Of a stretch of 17,149 nucleotides of DNA, positions 1 through 7,946 are shown piece after piece (positions within the stretch are counted from its first letter, which is position 1; each line of letters begins with the position of its first letter). Below the pieces are notes generated by a model that did not search any database, was not told where the DNA came from, and saw only the letters and a list, made by a program, of their open reading frames with translations. The DNA is from Candidatus Hydrothermarchaeota archaeon. GTDB taxonomy: Archaea; CAYFZR01. Location: NCBI GenBank assembly GCA_046760505.1, contig JBHIEG010000032.1:1-17149 (forward strand), in the 5' to 3' direction. Both the position numbers and the translations under genes were made by a program.

Positions 1-18
1 AAGGTCGTGAGAAGGTCG

Positions 19-96
19 TGGTGGGGCCGCCGAGATTTGAACTCGAGTCTCGGACTCCCTAAGCCCGAAGGATGGACCAAGCTACCCTACGGCCCC
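19..96 (-). tRNA. tRNA-Pro, anticodon AGG, CCA encoded, no intron
   Basis: Reverse complement reads GGGGCCG TA GGGT AGCTTGGTCCA TCCT T CGGGC TT-AGG-GA GTCCG AGAC TCGAG TTCAAAT CTCGG CGGCCCC A CCA. It has a perfect 7-bp acceptor stem, a 5-bp anticodon stem (one G-U), U33/G37, a short variable loop and a TTCAAAT T-loop. The body is typical of archaeal tRNA-Pro. The anticodon is cct at 58-60 on the + strand. Confidence 0.95.
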
Positions 97-118
97 TTGT
101 TAACGATTATTGTATCAA

Positions 119-137
119 CCTTTTTAAAATTTTTTAG
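119..137 (-). promoter_or_regulatory. Putative BRE/TATA promoter of the tRNA gene
   Basis: Minus strand AAAAAAATTTTAAAAAGG, with TTTAAAAA about 25-32 nt upstream of the tRNA 5' end. Confidence 0.5.
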
Positions 138-165
138 TTGAGATTAAATCAACTTTTCGAGATCA

Positions 166-2028
166 CTATTTTCTGACGAGAAAACCAGCTAAAAATCCTA
201 AAACAAATGCAAATAGAGAGACTACAGCTATATGGACGTAACCTGATTTAGGAGTTTGGTAATTTGAAATAACGATTTTTGATGTCTGTTCTGTGATTAA
301 ATCTTTCTTATAAGTTTTTGAGTAGATTCTAGCCAATCCTTCCAAGATTTTTGCATGTTCTATGCCGTACTTGTAAAAAATCATTGAATGTACTGGGTCA
401 TCTTCTATTAATGTGTCGCCATATTCTAAATTATTCATGGCGGAAATTGGCTCTATTCCGATCGCTTTATCTTTTTTTATCGCTTTTATCAAATTTTCTT
501 TGTAAAAGAGTGCTTTTTCTTCCAATTGCTCTTTATTTTCTATTCCATAGGTTTCAAGGGCGATTTCCGCATTAACCTTTGCTTCAATTCCTGATGCGAG
601 GCTGGACAAGTAATCTCCCTCTGATAAATATTTTCTTGAGGAATCAAAACTATCTAGTGCATTACTTGTGAGATCGGACCCTCTTTCACCTAAAATAGTC
701 ACAGAGTAAGCTACGATTGTTTGAACGTATCCTACGTAATCTCTGGTAAAATCAGCCAGTCTATTCATTGATAATTTACTATCTTCAAATACCTCTGAGA
801 GACTTATCCATTCTTCTGCTGTTAGGGCTCTTTTCTTTGCAAATACCCCGAAATATAGTGCTTCTTTTTCATTACCAGAGTAATATTCCTTCCATGCTTT
901 CTTTAAGTTCTCATTTGCCTCATTTAACCTAGAAATAGCCTGGTATCTTACCTCTATATCATTTAAGGAATTTATCTCCGTTGAATTAATCTTCTCGGAT
1001 ATTTCTCCGATGTATTCCTCAGTTTCCTTAAGAAAAGTTTTCAGATCAGTTTTTGGATCTAAAAGTAATGCAAGATAATCTGCCTTTATATCAACGTTCA
1101 ATGCTTGACTCGCTGCCGAATAATACTTTTCTTGCTCATACAACTTATTGGCATTTTTGTAGTCTTCTTCTAACTTTTTTATCGTTTCTTTTGCTTGAGA
1201 ATACTCATTGTACCCGAGATTGGATTTGTCTAAGTTATTTTTCGCTTTTTTTAGGTTTTCATCTGCTTTTTTCAAGAGCTTCTCTGCAATATCCTTCATA
1301 ACATCTGATCTAGTCGATACTTCCGAAGATGGCTGCTCGATTTTTATTTCCTTTCCAAAATAATATTTTATAGCATCGTATATCGAACCAACCTCTTCCA
1401 CATCTATTTTCCAACGCTCCTTCGCATATTTTTTCACATTCACTTTAACCGGGTTTACGGTGATCTGCACTATCGGACCAATCGTTTGTCTTCTTTCAAC
1501 CCTTTCAGTTACAACTGTTTGACCCTCTGGTACGAGGAAAATTGATTTATTTGAAAGATAGGCAGCCTCTGCTTTGGCTAGAATGCCCCCAACAGGACCT
1601 ATGGATCCGTCAGGATTGATAGTTCCGGTCATTATTACCTCATCATTTGGTTGCCAGTTCAATAAACTGGCAATTACTCCAATGGTCATTGTGGCTCCAG
1701 CAGATGGACCTCCAACGATCATTGCATCAGATCTTACCGTAAAATAAAAATCATAGTCGTTAACATCTATTCCTAAGATGTCACAGGCAGTTCTAGCTGC
1801 AATTCTTGCAGATCCCTGCATATCCACCTGCGTAAGAGGTCTAGTATCTACGAATATTAATCCTGTTCCATTTTTCACGTCTACTATGATTTTTATCGGA
1901 ACGCCCTTAAATCCGGCATCTGTCTGAGTTACTGCGGGTGAAATAATTTCCACTGGTTTAGAAGAACCTATAGCGAAGATGTGCAGGAGTAAAACTAATG
2001 CTATCAAGGATATTACTATTTTCCTCAT
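166..2028 (-). CDS. Secreted, membrane-anchored Lon-type (S16) Ser-Lys dyad protease (archaeal serine protease, COG1750-like)
   Basis: N-terminal signal peptide, Lon protease motifs GGPSAG (Ser) and MTGTINPDGSIGPVGGILAKAEAA (Lys), long helical C-terminal region, C-terminal TM helix ending VRK. No Walker A/AAA+ domain. Confidence 0.88.
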   Translation of the reverse strand: MRKIVISLIALVLLLHIFAIGSSKPVEIISPAVTQTDAGFKGVPIKIIVDVKNGTGLIFVDTRPLTQVDMQGSARIAARTACDILGIDVNDYDFYFTVRSDAMIVGGPSAGATMTIGVIASLLNWQPNDEVIMTGTINPDGSIGPVGGILAKAEAAYLSNKSIFLVPEGQTVVTERVERRQTIGPIVQITVNPVKVNVKKYAKERWKIDVEEVGSIYDAIKYYFGKEIKIEQPSSEVSTRSDVMKDIAEKLLKKADENLKKAKNNLDKSNLGYNEYSQAKETIKKLEEDYKNANKLYEQEKYYSAASQALNVDIKADYLALLLDPKTDLKTFLKETEEYIGEISEKINSTEINSLNDIEVRYQAISRLNEANENLKKAWKEYYSGNEKEALYFGVFAKKRALTAEEWISLSEVFEDSKLSMNRLADFTRDYVGYVQTIVAYSVTILGERGSDLTSNALDSFDSSRKYLSEGDYLSSLASGIEAKVNAEIALETYGIENKEQLEEKALFYKENLIKAIKKDKAIGIEPISAMNNLEYGDTLIEDDPVHSMIFYKYGIEHAKILEGLARIYSKTYKKDLITEQTSKIVISNYQTPKSGYVHIAVVSLFAFVLGFLAGFLVRK

Positions 2029-2085
2029 GGGATTGGTGATAATTTAGGTTGAATAAAAAAGTTTCTGTGAGTTTCAAAGTTTAAA

Positions 2086-2101
2086 CCGAGAAGTTTTTAA
2101 A
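2086..2101 (+). promoter_or_regulatory. Putative BRE/TATA promoter of the thioredoxin gene
   Basis: CCGAGAAG followed by TTTTTAAA, about 23-30 nt upstream of the ATG at 2124, suggesting a leaderless transcript. Confidence 0.5.
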
Positions 2102-2123
2102 GGGAATTTTATGAATTTTTGAT

Positions 2124-2558
2124 ATGAGGGATAACCTGATATTTGTGGTATTGATCAGCATATTGGTTTTCATGGGCGTTTTCACCTATTTAAACCTTGA
2201 ATCATCAGGAAAATACGAAGATTATGAAAGAAAAATCGTTTATGATTACACTCCGGAGAAACTTCACATGGCGCTAACCAGTGGAAAGCCTACTTTATTA
2301 GAAATCGCCGCAGACTGGTGTCCTTACTGTAGAGAGATGGCACCAACGATGAACACTATAAAGGAAAAATACAAATCGGAGTTCAATATAATCACAGCCA
2401 ATGCAGATCTTGATCTTGACCTTGTTAGATATTACCAAGTTAAAGGTCTTCCCACTCTTGTATTCTTTGACAGGGAGGGGAAAGAAGTTTTTAAACTAGT
2501 TGGCTTTCAAGAGAAGGAAAAATTAGAGAAAATAATTGAAGAACTTATCCAAAAGTAA
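2124..2558 (+). CDS. Membrane-anchored thioredoxin-family protein
   Basis: N-terminal hydrophobic anchor, ADWCPYC active site, cis-Pro loop VKGLPTLVFFD, and C-terminal G-F-Q-E-K-E-K-L helix. Confidence 0.9.
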   Translation: MRDNLIFVVLISILVFMGVFTYLNLESSGKYEDYERKIVYDYTPEKLHMALTSGKPTLLEIAADWCPYCREMAPTMNTIKEKYKSEFNIITANADLDLDLVRYYQVKGLPTLVFFDREGKEVFKLVGFQEKEKLEKIIEELIQK

Positions 2559-3549
2559 CGTAGCTTTCTTGAATCTCTTTTTTTCTCTCGTTCAATACGA
2601 TATAAAAAGCGGAGATAAGACAGAATATCCAGCCAATTCCGGTAACCATTTCTGATTTAACCAAGTACATTACATCTACACTAGAAGAGATCTGGATAAC
2701 CTCCAAGTATATTCTTGAAAATGAAAGCGAGATTCCTAAAAATGATCCCAAGGTAAGATCCACTAGTAAGGATTTGTACTTTTCAATGTCTTCTAGCCTG
2801 TGCATTGTAACGGCGCCCAGCATGAGTCCGGGTATGGGCACTAGTATCTTTATGGGGAAAAGGAATACGGTCCCGATATATGCTAGTATAACTCCTGCAA
2901 TCCGTTTAGTTCTAACTCTCCATTCATATGATTTGGTAAGACCAGCAAGCCCTCCTGAAACTCCAGCGATGAATGTAGAAGGAATCATTGTTCCTATTCC
3001 AAACATAAGCACGACTAAGAAGGTAAGCATCAGATTTCTCGCGGGAAGACTGTTTATCACTATGAAAATTAAGGGTCCTAGAAGCTCGAGCCCGCACACA
3101 AAGGACAGAGCGAGACCCCAGAAAAATACAAGCGTGAGATTTGGGTTACCCTTTATCTTTATTTTTCCAAAAAATAACCTGCCAACACGCATAAAAGGAT
3201 TTTTAATCACCCCAATTAGGTGCAATCCAAATGAAAGCATTATTGTTCCGGCTATTAATTGAAATAAGAATATAAGATAAGGATTTTTTAGAGCAAAAAT
3301 TAATGCACTAGCAGTAATACCAAATACACTGAAAAATAAAATTCTTCCGGAATTGAATACTATTCCAGTGACTATTCCTTTTTTAAAGGTTCCATCTACT
3401 CCTGCCGTATAGGCTCCCAGTGGAAAGCCACAGGATGGGCATGTTATACCGCCCAGAAAGAGTCCGGCCAGAAATGATGCAAGCATGGGCGAACCCCTTG
3501 ATAACAAATCTATTGCAGTGAGAGTTTCATTAAAAGTTGGAAATGCCAT
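2545..3549 (-). CDS. CcdA/DsbD-beta-like (DsbD_2 / TauE-SafE-like) integral membrane protein
   Basis: Multi-TM protein with Cys in both pseudo-symmetric halves (GITCPSCGFP and SFVCGLELLGP), plus FNSGRI and MFGIGTMIP motifs typical of the family. Extra C-terminal TM segments. Confidence 0.7.
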   Translation of the reverse strand: MAFPTFNETLTAIDLLSRGSPMLASFLAGLFLGGITCPSCGFPLGAYTAGVDGTFKKGIVTGIVFNSGRILFFSVFGITASALIFALKNPYLIFLFQLIAGTIMLSFGLHLIGVIKNPFMRVGRLFFGKIKIKGNPNLTLVFFWGLALSFVCGLELLGPLIFIVINSLPARNLMLTFLVVLMFGIGTMIPSTFIAGVSGGLAGLTKSYEWRVRTKRIAGVILAYIGTVFLFPIKILVPIPGLMLGAVTMHRLEDIEKYKSLLVDLTLGSFLGISLSFSRIYLEVIQISSSVDVMYLVKSEMVTGIGWIFCLISAFYIVLNERKKEIQESYVTFG

Positions 3550-3738
3550 CTGAATCCCTTTTTTGCATTTGTTGTTTTAACTTTAGAAAATGATCTTTGT
3601 TTATATGTATTATGAACTGGTTATCTAAAAATAAAATGAAGGAAAAATTAAGCCTTCAATACACTTTTATATATGTTGTCTTCTTTAGCAAAATTCATAT
3701 ATAGAAATAATATTTTTTATATATTATCGGTGAGCGAT

Positions 3739-4737
3739 ATGGAATATAGAAAGGTTCAGATGACTGGTGGGAGCAGTTTTATTGTTTCTTTGCCAAAAAG
3801 ATGGGCAACCAACGTTGGAATCAAAGTTGGAGATGAATTAGGAATTATAGAACATGAAGACGGTAAATTAACCATTTCCCCAAGGTCCCACGAAATTACC
3901 AGCGAAAAAAAGATCAACATAGATCCCTCATTACCCGCAACACTATTGGAAAGGTTAATAGTTGCGAGTTATCTCGCCGGATACGATTTAATAAACATAA
4001 AATCTGTCTCCAGAATCACACCCGAACAAAGAGGAATCATCTCTGGTATAGCACGTAAGTTGATCGGTCCTGAGATCGTGGAGGAATCTAATGATTCAAT
4101 TCTGATACAAGATATTTTAAATTCTGGAGATCTTTCAGTTAAAAAGGCAATTAAAAGAATGCATATGATTGTATCCTCCATGCAGAAGGATGTTATCCAT
4201 GCATTGAAGGTGGGGGATGTTTATTTAGCAAGGGATGTTATCCAGAGGGACGATGATGTTGACAGACTCTATCTTTTGATCGTCAGGCAACTTGTCACAA
4301 GTGTTAGGCATCCAGTGACTGCTGATAATCTAAAGATCAAGACTACAGATACATTGGATCTCAGAATCGTGGCAAAAAGTTTAGAAAGAATAGGTGATCA
4401 TGCAGAGAAGATAGGTAGCGTGATCTGTGAAGATTCCCTTAAATTACCACCGCATGTTGTGGATCCTATATCGAACATGAATGAATTTGCTCTATACTTA
4501 CATAGAGAGGCTATGAAAGCTTTGTTCAAGGAAGACTTTAAATTGGCAAACCAGATAATCGAGAGAGAAAAAGAGATCTATAAAATTAAAGAAGAAATCC
4601 TCGAGGAGTTGTTGTACTCTGACGATGCTTGCATAATGCCCATGAAAATTGCTCTCATAACAGAAAGTTTAGAGAGGATAGCGAATTATGGCACCGATAT
4701 TGCAGAAATAGCGATAAACCAGTCAATCAAAGAATAG
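3739..4737 (+). CDS. phoU: Archaeal phosphate uptake regulator (AbrB-type N-terminal domain plus two PhoU domains)
   Basis: MEYRKVQMTGGSSFIVSLPKRWA N-terminus, with RDDDVDRLY, LERIGDHA and LERIANYGTDIAE PhoU motifs. Start moved from 3673 to ATG 3739, which follows a GGTGAG SD-like sequence. Confidence 0.92.
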   Translation: MEYRKVQMTGGSSFIVSLPKRWATNVGIKVGDELGIIEHEDGKLTISPRSHEITSEKKINIDPSLPATLLERLIVASYLAGYDLINIKSVSRITPEQRGIISGIARKLIGPEIVEESNDSILIQDILNSGDLSVKKAIKRMHMIVSSMQKDVIHALKVGDVYLARDVIQRDDDVDRLYLLIVRQLVTSVRHPVTADNLKIKTTDTLDLRIVAKSLERIGDHAEKIGSVICEDSLKLPPHVVDPISNMNEFALYLHREAMKALFKEDFKLANQIIEREKEIYKIKEEILEELLYSDDACIMPMKIALITESLERIANYGTDIAEIAINQSIKE

Positions 4738-4815
4738 TCCTCCAAGAGACATGAATTTCTCATTTATTTAGAAATCTATAAAAAGTTTTAATATTTGATG
4801 TTGAGTTTTATCCGC

Positions 4816-6258
4816 ATGTCCTTGACGATATATAATACGCTAACAAAAAAGAAAGAAGAGTTTGTCCCCCTAGAAGAGGGAAGAGTAAAGATGTATACTT
4901 GCGGTTTAACGGTTAACGATTACATGCACATAGGACATGCGAGATGCTACATCTTCTGGGATGTACTTCAAAGATATCTTGAATATCTAGAATACGAGGT
5001 ATATCACGTCTCTAACATAACGGACATCAGCATAGACGAAAAAATTCTAAAAAGAATAAAAGAACTTGGAATAAGTTTCCAAGAGATAATCGAGTATTAT
5101 ACTAATGCATACTTTGAAGATAGATATGCCTTAGGGATATCAAGAGCCAACGTGCATCCCCTCGCTACTCAACATATACAGGAGATGATAGAGTTAATTC
5201 AAAAGTTAATCGAAAAAGGCTATGCATACATAGCTGAGGACGGAGTTTACTATGATATATCTAAATTTCAGGATTACGGTAAGCTCTCAGGAGTTAGACC
5301 CAAAGAATTGAAGGAAGGTGCTAGTGGGAGAATTGATTCGGATGAATATTCTAAGAAAGAGGTCGGTGATTTTTCTCTATGGAAAGCAGCAAAAAAAGAT
5401 GAGCCATACTGGTACAGTCCTTGGTTTGCTGGAAGACCTGGTTGGCATATAGAATGCTCAGCCATGTCTATGAAGTATCTTGGAGAAAGTTTTGATATTC
5501 ATGGTGGAGGAGAAGACAACATATTCCCTCACCACGAGAACGAGATCGCCCAGAGCGAGGGCGCTACGGGAAAACGATTCGTGAATTACTGGATGCACGT
5601 GAAGCACGTCCTCATGAACGGAGAAAAAATGTCTAAATCGCTGGGGAACTATATAACTGCTAGAGAAGCGATTTCAAAATATGGAGCCTCGCTTATTAGA
5701 TTTTTCCTTTTGTCAACGCATTATAGAAGCCAAATAGACTTCAACGAAAAAGATCTGGAAGCATCTAGAAAGAGACTTGAGAGACTTAAGAGCACGATAA
5801 ACATGGTTAGAAAGTTTGCTGAGCGCGTTGAGGAAAAAGCCTCTCGGGAAGATTCACTTATCAAGGGACTGGAAAAAACCAGAAAAGAATTTGAAGAGGC
5901 TATGAACAATGATTTTAACATTTCTCTGGCAATAAAATCTTTGATCGATCTAACGAAGGAAATAAATATATTTTTGAAAGAAAACAAAAAAATAAGTGGT
6001 GAAACTTCTAAAAAAATCTTTGACTTCTTTCAAGCATCGGGGAAAATTCTTTTTGGAGATTTATTTGAAAGGGAGATCGTGGAGACGCAAGATAGGTTAA
6101 CAGAGGATCTTATAGATCTGATAATCGAAATCAGAAAGAAAGCTAGAATGGAAAAAGATTTTGAAACCGCAGATAAAATAAGATCAAGGTTAAAAGAAAT
6201 AGGTATTGTGCTTGAAGACTATAAGGAAGAAACCATTTGGAAGATAAAACATGATTAA
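4816..6258 (+). CDS. cysS: Cysteine--tRNA ligase
   Basis: IYNTLT, MYTCG, HIGH, DFSLWK, GRPGWHIECSAM, DIHGGG..FPHHENE, KMSKSLGN and the ADKIR anticodon domain. Start taken at ATG 4816. Confidence 0.98.
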   Translation: MSLTIYNTLTKKKEEFVPLEEGRVKMYTCGLTVNDYMHIGHARCYIFWDVLQRYLEYLEYEVYHVSNITDISIDEKILKRIKELGISFQEIIEYYTNAYFEDRYALGISRANVHPLATQHIQEMIELIQKLIEKGYAYIAEDGVYYDISKFQDYGKLSGVRPKELKEGASGRIDSDEYSKKEVGDFSLWKAAKKDEPYWYSPWFAGRPGWHIECSAMSMKYLGESFDIHGGGEDNIFPHHENEIAQSEGATGKRFVNYWMHVKHVLMNGEKMSKSLGNYITAREAISKYGASLIRFFLLSTHYRSQIDFNEKDLEASRKRLERLKSTINMVRKFAERVEEKASREDSLIKGLEKTRKEFEEAMNNDFNISLAIKSLIDLTKEINIFLKENKKISGETSKKIFDFFQASGKILFGDLFEREIVETQDRLTEDLIDLIIEIRKKARMEKDFETADKIRSRLKEIGIVLEDYKEETIWKIKHD

Positions 6259-6874
6259 ACTGGTTGTATTTGATTTAGACGGGGTACTGGTCAAGGAAGA
6301 CAGCATATGGGACACCATACACTCTCGCTTAGGATTTAAGGAAGAGTGTGAGAGATATAAGCAAATGTTTTATTCAGGAAAGATAAGCTACAGAGAATGG
6401 GCTGAATTAGATGTGGCTCTATGGAGAGATATACCATATAGCGTGATAAAACGGATAGCAGACAGCGTCCCTTATATGAAAGGAGCCAAGGAAACCGTGA
6501 ACATACTGAGGAAGAATTACCAGATTGGAGTCATAAGTTCTGGTTTGACAGTGTTATCCGAAAGGGTAAAAAAAGAGCTAAAATTAGACTTTGCCATTGC
6601 GAATCAACTTATAGTGGAGAACGATCGAATACTTGGTGTAAAGGTTAATTGTGGAGTATTTGACAAGCCATTAGTTTTAGAAAATATAGTTAAAGAAAGA
6701 GATCTACGTCTAGAAGAAATAGCAGCAGTGGGAGACCATTTGAATGATATAGGGCTGTTTGAAAAGGTGGGACTGTCCGTAGCATTCAATACAAAAAGGG
6801 AAGAATTGATAGAATCAGCGGATTTTCACGTTCCAGGAGATGATCTGAGGGAAATATTAAGATTTTTTAGGTGA
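6251..6874 (+). CDS. HAD-IB phosphatase, phosphoserine phosphatase (SerB)-like
   Basis: Motif I VFDLDGVL, motif II ISSG, conserved Lys (FDKP), motif IV GDHLND. Overlaps the cysS 3' end by 8 nt. Confidence 0.82.
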   Translation: MIKLVVFDLDGVLVKEDSIWDTIHSRLGFKEECERYKQMFYSGKISYREWAELDVALWRDIPYSVIKRIADSVPYMKGAKETVNILRKNYQIGVISSGLTVLSERVKKELKLDFAIANQLIVENDRILGVKVNCGVFDKPLVLENIVKERDLRLEEIAAVGDHLNDIGLFEKVGLSVAFNTKREELIESADFHVPGDDLREILRFFR

Positions 6875-7060
6875 ATTTTGATCTTTATCATTTCTTTTTT
6901 TCATCTTCAAATGTTCATAATATTTATCTGGTTCTCCGATACTTGTGATGGTATGGAGGAAGATCAAGTATTCTTCCATGGTCAACTGATCTTTTAAAAT
7001 TTCAAGCGCTTTCTTTATTACCTCTATTCTTCTCTCTGAGCTGGTTTTTTCGCTTCTCAT
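6857..7060 (-). CDS. Small hypothetical protein, possibly antitoxin-like
   Basis: About 67 aa charged helical ORF (IEVIKKALEILKDQLTMEEYLIFL) filling the gap between the HAD and MBL genes. ATG at 7060 with an AT-rich upstream region. Confidence 0.6.
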   Translation of the reverse strand: MRSEKTSSERRIEVIKKALEILKDQLTMEEYLIFLHTITSIGEPDKYYEHLKMKKRNDKDQNSPKKS

Positions 7061-7154
7061 TGAAAACACTTAAGTTTTTAATGTTAATTTAAAAATGTTC
7101 CTTTGCTGAAAAATATTATATTCATAGAACACATACTTTGATTGGTGGTTGATT

Positions 7155-7895
7155 ATGAAATGCAAAAATTTCTCGGTAATCTTCCTTTTTTTAGTTCTTT
7201 TGATCAATGGTTGTATAATTGAGAAACCAGGAGAAGAGATAATCAAAAAAAAGGTCCCGGAGGTAAAGTCAACTATCATCAATAATGTGAGCATAGAATG
7301 GTTGGGTCATGCCTCATTTAAAGTTAGCGACGATGTGATCATTTATATAGATCCATATATACTTCCAGAGGGCGCTGAAAAGGCAGATCTGATACTGGTA
7401 ACGCACGAACACTTCGATCACTGCGACCCGAATAGAATAAATCAAATCAGAAAAGATGACACAGTGATTGTAACAACGTCTGCTTGTGCGAATAAGCTGA
7501 AGGATGTAATAACGGTAAAATCTGGGGATAAACTAAATGTAAGAGGCGTTCCAATAGAGGTTGTACTGGCTTATAATGTGGAAAAACCATACCATCCCAA
7601 AGGAAGGGGAGTCGGCTTTGTATTTGAAATACATGGTCTAAGAATCTATCATGCCGGAGACACGGATTTCATACCTGAGATGAAAAATTTAAGAGAAATA
7701 GACGTTGCCTTGCTGCCCATTGGGGGAACTTACACGATGGATGAGGAGGAGGCATCAGAGGCTGTTAAGGCAATAAACCCAAAGATCGTCATTCCAATGC
7801 ACTACAACTACATTGAGAATACGGAGGCAGATCCGATCAAATTTAAATCCCTCGCAAGTGAAAAAGATCCAAGAGTAGAGGTAAGAATATTATAG
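7155..7895 (+). CDS. MBL-fold metallo-hydrolase (UlaG-like), predicted lipoprotein
   Basis: WLGHASF, IDPY, THEHFDH (HxHxDH), YHAGDT, LPIGGTYTM and IPMHY motifs. N-terminal hydrophobic signal ending LLINGC (lipobox-like). Confidence 0.88.
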   Translation: MKCKNFSVIFLFLVLLINGCIIEKPGEEIIKKKVPEVKSTIINNVSIEWLGHASFKVSDDVIIYIDPYILPEGAEKADLILVTHEHFDHCDPNRINQIRKDDTVIVTTSACANKLKDVITVKSGDKLNVRGVPIEVVLAYNVEKPYHPKGRGVGFVFEIHGLRIYHAGDTDFIPEMKNLREIDVALLPIGGTYTMDEEEASEAVKAINPKIVIPMHYNYIENTEADPIKFKSLASEKDPRVEVRIL

Positions 7896-7946
7896 AAAAA
7901 GATTATCCAGTTAAGATTTAAAGCAATATCGGATGGGGAGGTTGAA

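Noticed and set aside
19-96. Reading the tRNA as Leu(TAG) from the loop CTTAGGG
   Set aside because: That register gives no paired anticodon stem (TCGGG/AGTCC), there is no long variable arm, and the body is Pro-type.
2774-3262. 162-aa + strand ORF
   Set aside because: Antisense shadow of the CcdA-like gene with no recognisable motifs.
3673-3738. N-terminal extension of the PhoU-type ORF
   Set aside because: AT-rich promoter-like DNA. The family N-terminus and an SD support ATG 3739.
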